DNA from: the human T2T-CHM13v2.0 reference genome, Homo sapiens
NCBI RefSeq assembly: GCF_009914755.1
Contig: NC_060932.1
Direction: 5' to 3' (one strand)
Length of the DNA stretch: 64,000 nucleotides
Part shown: one piece after another, positions 33,793 to 46,790 of the stretch
How the letters are laid out: every line of letters begins with the position of its first letter
Position numbering within the stretch: the stretch's first letter is position 1
Program-made: the position numbers and the translations under genes
Notes under the pieces: generated by a model
What the model saw: only the letters and a program-made list of their open reading frames with translations
The model's database searches: none
Told to the model about the DNA's origin: nothing

Positions 33793-36643
33793 TTATATCT
33801 GTAATTTAAAACTTTTCAAAGATTATGGATGGTTTCACTAAAGAATTCTTTGAAGCATTTAGGGAGAATTGGCATCGGTGCTACACAATATTTTCCAGAA
33901 ATAGAAGGAACACTTGCCAATTCATTTTATTGAAGGCAATACAGAAACCAGACAAAGATAGCACAAAACAAAACTACAAACAAATACCCCTCATAAGTAT
34001 AGACACAAAAATACTTAACGAAATATTAATTAATTTAATTCAGTGATACAACTATTTATACATACCTTAACCAAAATACGTTTATTCCAGGGATGCAATA
34101 CTGGTTCATTAATCAAAAGTCAATGTAGTCCATCATATAAACATAAAAATCACATAATTCTATCAATCGATGAATCATTTAACAAAATTCAGTACTTATT
34201 TGTGGTTAAAATCTCAGAATATGGGAGCATCAGAGTAAATAAAAATTAAATAAAAAATAAAAAAGAAGAAAATCTCAGAACACTACGAATAGATTGGATG
34301 TTCCTCAACTTGACAAAGAATACCTACAAAAAACCCACAACTAATATGGTATTAATGGTGAAAAATGGAATACTTTGTCTTTAAAATAGAAAAGAAGCAA
34401 GAATGACTAGCTCTATCACTGTTATTGAAATAGTACTAGAAGTTCTAGCCACTGCAATAAGGCAATAAAAAGAAACAAAGGCATGCAAATTGGAAAGGAA
34501 GAGGCAAAAATTATATTTGCTGATGATGTGATTGTATGTGTAGAAAATCCCCCCAAAATCTATTAAAAAAAACAAATATTTTAGAACTAATAATTTAATT
34601 CAGCAAGGTGACAGGATATGAGATCAACATACAAAAATCAGTTGTATTTCTCTATACCACATGTCTACAATGGAAATGTGGACACTGAAATTAAAAATAT
34701 GATAACATTTATGATCCCTAAAATATAAAGTGGGGAAAAACTTATATGTAAATCTAACAAAGCATATAAAAGACTTTTATGTTGAACACTACAAAAAGCT
34801 GATAAAAAGAAATCAAAGAATATCTAAATAAATGAAAAGTAATATCTGTTCATAAACCAGAAGGCCCACATAATATCAATTCACCCTAAGTTGATATACA
34901 AGTTTAATGTAATTTCTATCAAAATAACAGTAAGATATTTTGTAGACATAGAAAGTTATTCCAAAATAATATGTGGGAAGGCAAAAGAGCTGGAATAATT
35001 AAAACAATTTTGAAAAATAAGAATGAAGTAGGAAGAATAAGTCTATCAACTTATTATATAGTTATAGTGATCAAGACTGGGTGGCATTGATGGAGGGATA
35101 GACATATAGATTAACAGCACAAATTAGAAAACACAGAAAAATCCCTACACAAATATGCCTAACCGATCTTTGACAAGGGTTTAAAAGTGATTTAATGGAG
35201 GAAGGAAAGTCTTTTCAACAAATAGCACTGGAGCAATGAGACATTTATAGCAAAAAAGAAATAAACTTCAGCTTAAACCTACCACCTATGCAAAGCAAAT
35301 TAACAAAAAAAAAACGGAAAATGTTCAAGATGGATTATAGGTTTAAATGCAAAATATAATAAAACAATAATATGTTTAGAAGAAAACAAGAGAAAAACTT
35401 CAGGGCCTATTGTTCACCAAGAGTTCTGAGACACAAAGAACACAATTCATAAAAGAGAAAAAAATAATAAATTGGACTTCGTTAAAATTAAAAACATTTG
35501 CTCTGCAAAAGACCCTTTTAAGATGACAAAAAGACAAGCTATGGACTGTGCAAACCACATACCTGTCAAAAGAGTCATCTCTAGATTATATTTTTTTAAT
35601 TCTCAAAGCTCAATAGTAAAAAACAAAAAAACCCAATCCAGTTAGAAAATAAGCAAAAAGCATAAAGAGACATTTCACTAAAGAAGTTATAGAGAGAGCA
35701 AATAAGCACATTAAAAGATGTTTTGCATTAGGAAAATGCAAATTAAAACCACAATGAGGTATCACTGCACACCTGTTAGAAAAACTACAGTTTAAAAATA
35801 ATTGATAATACCAAATGTCTGGGAGACACGACACAGAGAAACGCAATCTCTCATTCATTGCTTGTGGGAATGTAAGATGGTAGAGCCACATTAAAAATTA
35901 GCTCAGCAGTTTTTTAAAAGAAACTAAACGTACACTTAAAATTGCCCTTCTGGACATTTATTAAAGAGAAATAAAAACTTAGGTCCACACAAAAACCCAT
36001 GCCTGATTGTTCATAGTAGCTTTATTTGAAATAGCCCCAGAGTAGAAAGAAGAAAAATGTCCTATAATAGGGGAATAGTTAAACAAACCTATACCATGGA
36101 ATACTACTTGGCAAAAGAGAAGAATGGACAAAAATGAAAAGGAATGGAACAACTTGGATAGACCTCGAGAATATTATGCTGATTTTTAAAATCCAATATA
36201 AAAAACTGCATATTTGCTATATGATTCCGTTTACATAACATTCTTACAGTGACAAAAATTGGACTTCAGAGATGAAGAAAATATTAATTCCAGGAGACAG
36301 AGATGGTGAGGAGGACGGCAAGGGATGGAATCATTGTGCATCTTGATTTCCACAGTAGTTACAGAATCTACACATGTGATAACATGACATAGAACTAGGC
36401 ACATACTTTATATCATTGTTAGTTTCCTAGTTTTGACCTTGTGCTCTATGTAAGAGGGAGTCAACGAGAGAAACTGGGTGAAGGGTACACAAGTCCTCTC
36501 TGTATTATCTTTGCAATTTCCTATGAATCCATAGCTATTTCAGAACAAAACATTTAGAAAAGTTCCTAATTTGGCTGTGATATTCTATGGAACTCACAAT
36601 CTATATTGACATCCTGTGCTTCAGAATCAAAGGACTTTTAAAG

Positions 36644-36666
36644 TATATATATATATATATATATAT
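36644..36666. repeat. (TA)n microsatellite
   Basis: About 11 perfect TA units. Confidence 0.9.
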
Positions 36667-38289
36667 TTATTTTTTTAAGTGAGGGGGTTGTTCAATCAGG
36701 TGTTAATTTGGGTCATTGCCTTCTAGGTTCTTATCCCATTAACTTGGAAATGATCAATAAAGTACTACTTGGGCTGACGACTTTGAGAAGCAACACGTAC
36801 CTGTCTTTATTATTTTAAAACGCAGAATAAAGCAACAATGGACATGTTTAGTCATTCTATAAATAAAACACTTCCTCTTCCTTTTAATGGAGACAGATGG
36901 ATCGAGGCCCTGCTGAGTGACCATTAAGGGAAGCACTGTCTGTGAGGTCTCTAACTAGCTGTATTGAAAATGATAAATGATCCTAGAGGCTAGTATTATC
37001 TCGTTGACATTTTTCTCAAAGCACTACTTTTTTCTGTATGTTTAAAAATTTGTGAAAAGCCATCTATTACTCCTAGATTTAATTCTAATTAAATTGGAAT
37101 TCATTTGGTTTTTGTTTTAGAATTAGCATAACTTAAAGCAAGTTAAATTTTTTCACACTTAAAGCTTTTCTAATAATGCATAGCTAAATGTGACTTTGCA
37201 AATTGCTCTACTTTCACATCCTTCAGCATCCTTCAGTGCTACTTTCTAGTGCCAGGGTGGCTCAGATCATAAAACTAGAAAAGACCTCACCCACCATCTG
37301 GTCCAGAGGTCTGGAATTGGCAGCCAATAGGTATGTTATCTCTTGGAACTTGACTTCTTTATTTTCCTGAAATGTGAATGTCTTTAGATTGGGCATGGGG
37401 TCTCCCATGGGCCACAGCTCATGCCAGCATCTCTGGGTTACCTCCACTGTTTTTCCCACGACCCCTTTCCTTGGTTGGAATTTGATTGTGAAATGCTTCC
37501 TCCTTCTTCAATACTCCCACAGATGGAGAAGCAGGGTATATTTTATCAAGGTCACATAGCTAATTCACTGCAAAACTCATAACATGCCCGTGTCTCAGTC
37601 TCGTTCTGCACTTACTCTAATGCCCTCTATACCCCAGAGACATTTTTTTAAAGGGGTTGTGGGGCAGGGCTGGTCCTGAAGAGACAGCCAGAAACCTCAC
37701 ATGTACAGAAGGATTTCTTTGTGTCCAAAAATGCTTGAAGGTGCAGCTCAGCACAAGACCCAGGCTGAGTACAGAGTGAGTTCTTGTTGCTTAATGTGGA
37801 TCAGACCTGACGGGAGACACAGCCTGCCTCTCCACCAGCTTCCTCCCACCTCCAACCCCAGTTCAAATTGATTTTGTGCTTCCTGTTTTTCTGTGCTTGA
37901 CAAAGGAAGCAAAAGTAACATGCTGTCAGTGGGTAGTTGCCAAAAAGCAAAGTGGCCCAAATCACCCCCTTCAAATTTCCAACTACAGTTCAAAGTTGTC
38001 GTGCAAGCAGCCACTGCAATTTGCTAATAAAATGCTAAATCATTAAGGTCTTCTTATTTGTCTACTGATTGTTTAAGTGGGATGTTATGACAGAGAAGTA
38101 TTGGTGCTAGTAGTATCGACCCACCTACAGGGTGTTCTTAAGCAGGCAACTCCACCATAGGCATTCCACTAACTCTGATATATTGCCTGTCATAGCCATT
38201 TCATCGTGACCCTTGACAGTCTTTTAGGAACTTTAGCGTTCTGGAAAAATTGAGAAAATAGAGACTTTCATATAAAAATAACATTAATA

Positions 38290-38520
38290 ATTATGTATTA
38301 AGTGGTTTCCCTGAGCCAGGTAAGATGCTAGGATTTTGGCCTATATTATTTCTAACACAGCAATGCTACACATAGGGATTGTTATCTTGCTTGTACATTT
38401 GGTGAAAATTGGGCTCTGAAAGGTGAAGTCACTCTTCTAAACTCTCATGACTGGTAGTGGCTTTGTCAGAATTTGAACCTAGTCCATCTGAGTTGGAGTC
38501 CATGCTCTTAAATATATTGG
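38290..38520 (-). mobile_element. MIR
   Basis: GGTGAAAATTGGGCTCTGAAAGGTGAAGTCACT...ATTTGAACCTAGTCCATCTG...CATGCTCTTAA. Confidence 0.75.
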
Positions 38521-38550
38521 TACATTGCTTAAGAAATAACTCAAACTTAC

Positions 38551-38712
38551 TTGATCATATTTCTGGTATCAGACTTCTGGGGTGTCAGATAAGGAACGAT
38601 GGCTGAGTGAGTGAGTTGGAGAGTTCCAGCCTTCGCTAAAGCCAGTTCTCCTCCCATTGGTAACAAGGCAAAGGACACTGGGAATGGAGTGAGTCCAGCA
38701 GAGCAGCGTCCC
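38551..38712 (-). other. Candidate internal exon (162 nt)
   Basis: Acceptor gtttttttctacatcacag|G, donor CAA|gtaagt; GC-richer than flanks; one frame open throughout. Confidence 0.4.
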
Positions 38713-39304
38713 CCTGTGATGTAGAAAAAAACACCCATGATTCATGCACATGCTTGGCACTACCCAGAGCCCAATGCACACTGCTGGTGGTCTAGATACA
38801 CTTGCTGACCCTCCAGCCCAAGCCTCCAGGGAGGCTGAACAGAGGAGAATGGGGAATATTGGCATTAGGAAGGTTACTTTGACACATGGTAAAACACATA
38901 GTGTTAAAAAATAATAGTCAAGTTTTTTAAAAGGTTAAGTAAATTACAGAATGGTTTTTAAATTGAGATCCATGGAGATGTCTCACCAGACAGAAGGCTG
39001 GAGAAAGAGACAGGAAGAAGAGTAGAGGGAACTGGAGTGACAACACATGGGGTCCCCACTGGCTTTGAGCAAAGAGGCATTTGTCTGTCATTATACATTC
39101 GAGAAAATGTATAAGCTTTGTCCAATAAAGAGAGTATTCTATGTGGGAAAAACCCTGAAATAGGAGTTGAATTGGCCTGAAATATCTGGAAACCAATCTG
39201 AAATGTTCAACTTAATTAAATTAAATTACTTTAATTTAATTTAATAACTAGAAAATCATTTTAGAAAAATTTATATTTCTTGACGATTCAGGTCTCTTCT
39301 TCTC

Positions 39305-39702
39305 TGATGTGGTTGAAATGTGCCCCTCAAAATTCATGTGTTGGAAATTTAATCCCCAGTGCAACAGTGTTGGCAGATGGGGCCTAATAAGAGATGATAA
39401 GGTCACGAAGGCTCTGCCTTTATGAATGGATAAATGTCATTGCCATGGGAATGGGTTAGTTATCTCGACAGTGAGATTGTTGAAAAAGTGAGTTCTACCC
39501 ACTCTTGCTCTCTTGCTATCTGGAGTGCATGTTCTCCTGCTGCCTTCCTCCATTGGAAGACACAGCATGAAGGCCCTCACCAGATCCTGGCAACTTGATG
39601 CTGGACTTCCCAGCCTCCAGACTGTGAGGCATACATTTATTTTATTTATAAATTATCCAGTCTGTGATATTCTCTTATAGTGACACAAAATAGACTAAGA
39701 CA
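39305..39702 (+). mobile_element. MSTB-like MaLR solo LTR
   Basis: TGATGTGGTTGAAATGTGCCCCTCAAAATTCATGTGTTGGAAATTTAATCCCC ... ACACAAAATAGACTAAGACA. Confidence 0.9.
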
Positions 39703-40492
39703 TACACACTCTCTCTCACTATTCATTTAGAAAGTAGGATTATTTGACACTAAAACTATCCTGACTATAGACCTCCTTCTAGATTTCACCTTGTCAGCAG
39801 AGCTTGATGCACTGTAACCACATGCTAACTCTCCATTCATGCATTTCATGGATTAGCTTTCTGTCAAAGGGCCAGCCATTATATTCCACTGAGCAATTAC
39901 TAACAACATTCCTTCTGTCATCAGGGACTAATAGTTTTCTTGCTGCCTTTGCTCTGAGCTTCAAAAAGCCTCTCTTATTTTCATGGATTTTTTTTTCCCA
40001 CCCACAATACCTTTTTCTTATCCATGTCTTCATTCATTAATCCTTCTTATGCATGACTCATTTTCCCTGTGTACAAGACAGCTCTCTTGGCTGCTTCTAC
40101 GCCAATTGTTTTTTCACTAAGCTTTGGGTTCATTTCAAAGTCTTTCTAAATACCTGTTCCCCTTTCTTTCCCTTTTCATTTCCTCTTAACATTATTTACT
40201 TAAAGCATTTAAAAATGAAATTTCAAAGCCCTTCCCCAGACTTGGCTCTCATCAGCTGTGTTCCCTAGAGAAGAACAAGGTATCATCAAAAATTAGATAG
40301 AAAATCTAGCATTGTTTATATTTCAGTTCAAGGAACATTTGTTGAATCCTCCTACTTAAGTCACATGCATAGTACATAGAATCGCATAATTAAAATAAAT
40401 TCTCAGTGCCAGAAACTCTCCGGTCCAGCCTCTGTATTCCCATAACCTTTGTCCTGGCGACTTGCTCTCAGCATATAAGCATGCCTCTCCCA

Positions 40493-40526
40493 TACACACA
40501 TACACACACATACACACACACACACA
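40493..40526. repeat. Interrupted (CA)n microsatellite
   Basis: TACACACATACACACACATACACACACACACAC. Confidence 0.85.
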
Positions 40527-40559
40527 CCCCTGAACCACACTCACATACAATTGATGCTG

Positions 40560-40985
40560 TCAGCTTCACAACCAAGCTTTTTAAAATGAAATATTATATT
40601 TCCTGTCTTCACCCCTTCAACTCCTATTAAATGTTCTAATCCATTGCAACTTTCTCCATCTGTTAACATACCACCCATACTACTCCTACTTTTTAAAAAA
40701 TATAACCCACTATTAAAAATCCTCTCTGATTATTCACCCTGCACTTGCATGTATTTATTTGTAAGTCTGCTTTCCTTAGCAGACTGATGCCCATGAGGAC
40801 AAGCATTACATTTAACTTTGACTTAAATCCTGATTAATTACTGTTTAAATTGCTATTAACTGTGTTTAACTTATAAAAACAGCGATTTTGGTTCAACCTA
40901 CTATTTATGTGTTCTTAGCACGAAATACAGTGAGTGGTACAAAGCTTAAGTTCAATAAATACTCAATAACCGAATTAATAAATAA
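40560..40985 (+). mobile_element. L2 3' fragment
   Basis: AGACTGATGCCCATGAGGACAAG; CTTAGCACGAAATACAGTGAGTGGTAC...TCAATAAATACT. Confidence 0.5.
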
Positions 40986-42439
40986 AATATCCATAATTTA
41001 TAGACTTGCAGAGTAGCTGTTGCAAACTTCAAAACTTACATTTATTTTTCCAAATGTATCTTTTCTTAAATATTTTCTTCTCAAAAGCTTCAAGAACCAA
41101 AATATATTTTACTAAAAGGAAAACCTATATATATATTAGAATCTAATATATTGTAAACCTTATTCTGTAAGTGTATAAGAAATCACATTATAGATTTTAG
41201 AAATAAAACATTTAACTAACATTGTTATTATATTACAATTATTAACATCATAGTAAAAATTTGGAACTTATATTATTTTTTATGAAAATTGTTTCAACTT
41301 TCTTTCAGTGTGTTTCCTTAAATGAAAAGATAATACTATAATTGAGAAGTAAAGTTTACATTTAGAACAATAACCTATAAGTCTGTTTCTTATCACAGGG
41401 CAGTGTTTAAGAATCAGGTGACACTGATTTCTAGCCATTTTCCTGAGTTGGAGAGTTTACTTTACCTTAAAATTTTATCTTTGGAAACATTTGAGGCACA
41501 AAGATCTTTTCTCTAATCAGAAACCACATCCAAAAAAAGGTAGAAAGGTATTCTACCTTTCATTCTTTCTAGAAAATGCATTTCATTTTTCCTTTGCCTG
41601 AGTTAATAATGTTTTTCCAATTCTCTTTTTAATGGCTTGATCGTGATCCCGGACATTATTTTTGTTGCTCTTATAATTTTTTGTCCTGGAGGGTGTTGAA
41701 CTGGGCAAATTATATCATATCATCCTTTATATTATCAAATCAAATGTATTATTTAAGTAAGCTAGAAGAGTTGAAGGAAAGTGTATTCAGTACAGATAGC
41801 TGGAGACATAGGAAGCCTTTATATCAAGCAGGAAAATTATGGCTCAGACATTCACCATGTAAGCATGGAAGCCAAAGTCCACCCTGGGACTGCACTCCTA
41901 TTCGCCTGAGAAAGCCTGGGAAGTGCAATGGAACAAGTGTCACTACTTGTGCATCCTTGTGGGGGAAGGACACGCTCAGGTGGATTTGTTTGCCTGTCTT
42001 CTGTGAAAGCCTATTGGAAACAGAGGGTACAGCAGTCCTAGCAAAAGGAGAATTCCAATAACAGAGGGAAGGAAACAAATCATTATTGTTCAGAAACAGT
42101 GTTGTATACACCTTTACATATCCATTTGTATACAGTATTGGATACAATTAGGTAACCTATGGAAGGCTCAAAATTCTGTTTTTCCAAGAAAAGTCCAAAT
42201 GACAGTGCTAACTAGATGGAAAAATGTTTATAATGGTGCAAATATCACATTGGCTGATTCATTTCAAAGAAAGAACTCAACTTTCTAAAAGGGAAAATGC
42301 TCATGTAGAATTGTGTGCTAGAAAAACAAAATAGTTTGAAGCCAGATGAGGTAGATTAGAATTGAATTTTGCAACTTTGGGCAAATTGCCTGAGTCTTGG
42401 GACATGGCTTCCTCAAATGGAAATCAAAATAAGAATTTA

Positions 42440-45400
42440 TGCTTTTAACAATGGATAGATCAACTAGAAAGAAAATTAATAAGGAAATACTGGACTTGAA
42501 TTGCACTTTTGTCTAAATGGACCCAACATACATTAGTGGAACTTTCCATGAGCAGCAGCAGAATACACATTTTTCTCTAGGCACGTGGATTCTTCTCCAG
42601 GATAGACCATATGTTAGGCCACAAAACAAATTTTAATAAATTTAAGGAATTGAAATAATATCCAGGATCATTTCAGATCATAATGGAATGAAACTAGAAA
42701 TCTACAGCAAGAAGAATCTTGAAAAACTTACAAGTATGTATAAATTAAACAACAACCTCCTAAATGGCCAATAGGTCAAAGAGGAAATCAAAAGGAAAAT
42801 TTAAAAATATCTTGAGACAAATGACAATGAAAACACAACATACCAAGACCTATGGGATGCAACAAAAGCTTAGCTGTTCTAAGAAGAGCAATAAATGTCT
42901 ACACTTGAAAAAGAAAAGAGATCCCAAGTATATATTCTAACACTAAGCCTTGAGGATGTAGAAAAAGAGCAAACTAAGCCCAAAATTAGCAGAAGGAAGG
43001 AACTAATAAAAATCAGAACAGAAGTAAATCAAATAAAGAAAAGAAAAACCACAGAAAGAATCTATAAAACTAAGGGTTACTTTAAAAAAATAAACTAAAT
43101 GTAAAAACTTTTAGCTACTTTAAGAAGAAAAGAAGACTCAAAAATAAAATAAAAAAATGAAAGTGAAGTTACAACAGACACCTCAGAAATAAAAAGGATC
43201 CTAAGAGACTATTATGAACAATTATATTCCAACAAATTGGGTAATCTAGGGGAAATAGATAAATTCCTAGAAAATACAACTTACTAAAATTGAGTCAAGA
43301 AGAAATAAAAAGCCTGAATAGACCAATAACAAATAAAGAGATTGAAGAAGTAAGCAAAAACTGCCCAAAGAAAAGCCCAGGACCAGATGGCTTCCCTGCT
43401 GAATTCTGCCAAATATTCAAAAAAAGAGTTACTACTAATACTTCATAAATTCTTCCAAAACTACAGCTAGAGGAAATACTTCCTAACACATTTCATGAGG
43501 CCAAAATCACCTTGGTACCTAAGCCAGACAAAGATATCACAAGAAAAGAAAACTATATGCCAATTTCTCTGATGAACATTGATGCAAAAATCCTTGATAA
43601 AATATGAACACTGAATTCAACAACATATCAGAAAGATTATATATCATGACCAAGTGGGATTTATCTCTGGCATGCAAGTCTGGCTTAACATACACAATCA
43701 ATCAAGGTGATACATCACATTAGTAGAATGAAAGATAACCACATGATCATCTCAATTGACATGGAAAAAGCATTCAACAAAGTCCAACATTCTTTCTTGA
43801 TTAAAAACTCTCAATAAGTTAAGTACAGAAGGAAAGCTCCTCAACAAAATAAAGGGCATTTATTTTAACTCCCACAGCTAACATCAGCGGGGAAAAACTG
43901 AAAGTTTCTCCACTAAGATCTGGTACAAGGCAAGGGTGCCCACTTTTACTACTATTTAGCATATTACCATAAATACTGACAAAGGCAATCAGTCAAGAAA
44001 AAGAAATAAAAGGCATACAGAACTGAAATTATCTCTATTTGCAGATGATGTGATTCTATATGTAAAAAAACCCAAAGATTTTACCAAAAAAATCCTGTCA
44101 GAACTAGTAAGAGACTTCAGTAAAGCTAAAGGATACAAAATCAACATACAAAAATCTGTAGTGCTTTCACACACAAATAATGACCTAGCTGAAAAGAAAT
44201 CAAGAAAACAATCCCCTTTATGATAGCATGAAAAATACTTGCGAAAAATTTAACCAAGGTGAAAGATTTGTAACTATAAACTGTGAACTATAAAACATTC
44301 ATGAAAAACATTGCAAAGACACAATAAATAGAAAGATATCCAAAACCCATGGGGTGGAAGAATTAATATTGCTAAAATATCCATACTACCCAAAGCAAGA
44401 CATAGATTCAACACAATTGCTATCAAAATCTCAACAACCTTCTTCACAGAAACAGAAGAAAATCCTAAAATTCATATGGAAACATAAAAGACCCCAAATA
44501 GCCAAAACTACGTTGAGCAAAAAGAACAAAGCTGGAGGCATTACACTTCCTGATTTAAAATTATATTACAAAGCTAAAGTAATTAAAACAGCATGGTACT
44601 GGCATAAAAACAGAAACACAGACCAATGGAACAGAATAGAGAGTCCAGAAATAAATCCAAACACACATGGTCAACTAATTTTTGATAAATCACCATCAAG
44701 AGGACATAATGAGGGAAGAACAGTCTTTTCTATAAATGGTGCTGGGAAAACTGGATTTTTCACATGCAAAGGAATGTAATTAGAATCTCATCTTACATGA
44801 TATGCAAAAATCAGCTCAAAATGGATAAAAGCTCTAAATGCAAGACCAGAAACTATAAAATTCCCAGAAGAGAACACAGGGGAAAAGCTCCTGGACATTG
44901 GCCTTGGCAATGATTTTCTGGATATCACACTAAATGCTCAGGCCACTAAAGGAAAAATAAATAAATGGGACTATATCAAACTAAAAACTTTTCTACAGCC
45001 AAAAAACAATTAACAAAATGAAATGGCAGCTTACAGATTGGAAAAAAACAAATATGCAACCCATACATCTGATAAAGGGTTAATATCCAAAATATGTAAA
45101 GAACTCATACAACTCAATAATAGAAAAGCTAATAACCTAATTAAAAAATGGGCAAAAGACCTGCATAGACCTTTCTTCAAGGAAAACATGAAAATCACCA
45201 ACAGGTATATGAAAAGGTCCTCTACATAATTAATTATCAGGGAAATGGAAATCAAAACTACTGAGATAACACCTCACGCCCATCAGGATGGCTATTATCA
45301 AAAAGTCAAAAGACAATAAATGTTGGCGAGGGTGTGGAGAAAGAGGAACTCTTGTACACCACTGGTGGGATTATAGATTGGTACATTCTACATTGGGAAT

Positions 45401-46220
45401 GTAGAATGTAGATTGGTACAGCCATTATTAGAAATAGAACTACCATGAGCCAGCAGTCTTTCTTTGGGGCATATACACAAAGGAAATGAAATCACCATCT
45501 CATAAAGATATCTGCACTCTTATGTTCATTGCAGCATTATTCACAGTAGCCAAGATATGGAAACAATCTAAGTGTCCGTCAATGAACGAATGGGTTAAAA
45601 CACCTGTGGTATATACATACCATGAAATATTATTCAGCCCTAAAAAAAGAATGAGATCTTGCCATTTGCCACAACATGGATGAACTTGGCATTATGCTAA
45701 ATGAAATGTTAGACCAAAAAAATGCATAATCTCACTCATGTGGAATTGTTTTAAAAAAATTCAAACCTACAGAGCTGGAGAGAGAACAAAACAGTGGTTA
45801 CCAGGGGCAGAGTGTCGGGAAGAAATGGGAGATGCAGGTCAGAGGATACAAAGTAATAGGAACATAGAATGAGCAAATCCAGAGATGTAATGTACAAAAT
45901 GAGGACTAGAGCTAATAAAATTGTACTGTATTTGGGTTTCATGCTAAATGAATACATTTTAGCTACTCGTGCCACAAGAACAACAAAAAAGAGGTAAGAG
46001 TTGATAAATATGTAAATTGGAGTAACTATATGAGTTGATAAATATGTAAATTGGAGTAGCTATATGAACTGATAAATATGTAAATTGGGATAAATATATG
46101 AATTGTTAATATGTAAATGTTTGACTCTAGTAACATTTTTACCATCTATATGTATCCATAACATCATGTTGTATACCTTAAATGTACACAATAAAACTTA
46201 CTTTAAAAAATTTAAAAATA
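42440..46220 (+). mobile_element. 5'-truncated L1MA (approx. L1MA5/6): ORF2 relic plus 3'UTR
   Basis: ORF track [21 protein letters not shown]...TAWYWHKNR and CTLMFIAALFTVAKIWKQ; L1MA 3'UTR ending TGTATACCTTAAATGTACACAATAAAA. Confidence 0.93.
45998..46118. repeat. 34-bp minisatellite, about 3.5 copies, in the L1MA 3'UTR
   Basis: Unit GAGTTGATAAATATGTAAATTGGAGTAACTATAT at 45998, 46032, 46066 and (partial) 46100. Confidence 0.9.
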
Positions 46221-46519
46221 GCATGATTGTTACATTCAGCAGTATTTGATGTTCAACATGCAGCCATTTGGACTTTCTAAAGTTTAGTTAAATAATAAAC
46301 CACTTGAAACATGGGAGAAAAAAGAATTCATGCTTCTCAGGGGGTATTGTGAACATTGAGCCTTTGAAAGTGTTTTGTATGAATGAAATCTGGAACTAAT
46401 GTTAATGACCTTAGCTTCTACTTTCAGAGAGGTAGTTAGCAAGCTACAGCATAGTTGCCTGCTTTTTAGCCCTCTGGCAGCTGCCTTGTATTTGCTCACT
46501 GGGCCTTGAAAGAAGGTCA

Positions 46520-46790
46520 TCAAAGCAGAAAGACTGGGGTGAAGCCAGACCTTACTTTGAATCCTGGCTCCATTACTGACACGTTGAGTAACCCTTAGAA
46601 AGTTATTTATTGGGAAGGTAGTGTGTGTGGTGGTCAAGTGAATTGAGTATGTGTTTCGAATTTCATCTCTGTCACTTAGCAGTCTTGTAACCTTGGGGAT
46701 GTTGTTCAACCTCAATTAATATACTTGTTAAATGCAGATAACAATGTATATATTTCTCTTAGTATTGAGAGGAATGATAATAATTCGATA
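46520..46790 (+). mobile_element. Two MIR fragments
   Basis: TTTGAATCCTGGCTCCATTACT and TTCGAATTTCATCTCTGTCACTTAGCAGTCTTGTAACCTTGGGG. Confidence 0.65.

Noticed and set aside
41536-41560. 10-bp inverted repeat AAAGGTAGAA/TTCTACCTTT as miRNA or terminator
   Set aside because: Stem far too short for a pre-miRNA; intrinsic terminators do not apply to this genome
45998-46118. 34-bp repeats as a CRISPR array
   Set aside because: Head-to-tail with no unique spacers, eukaryotic context, no cas genes
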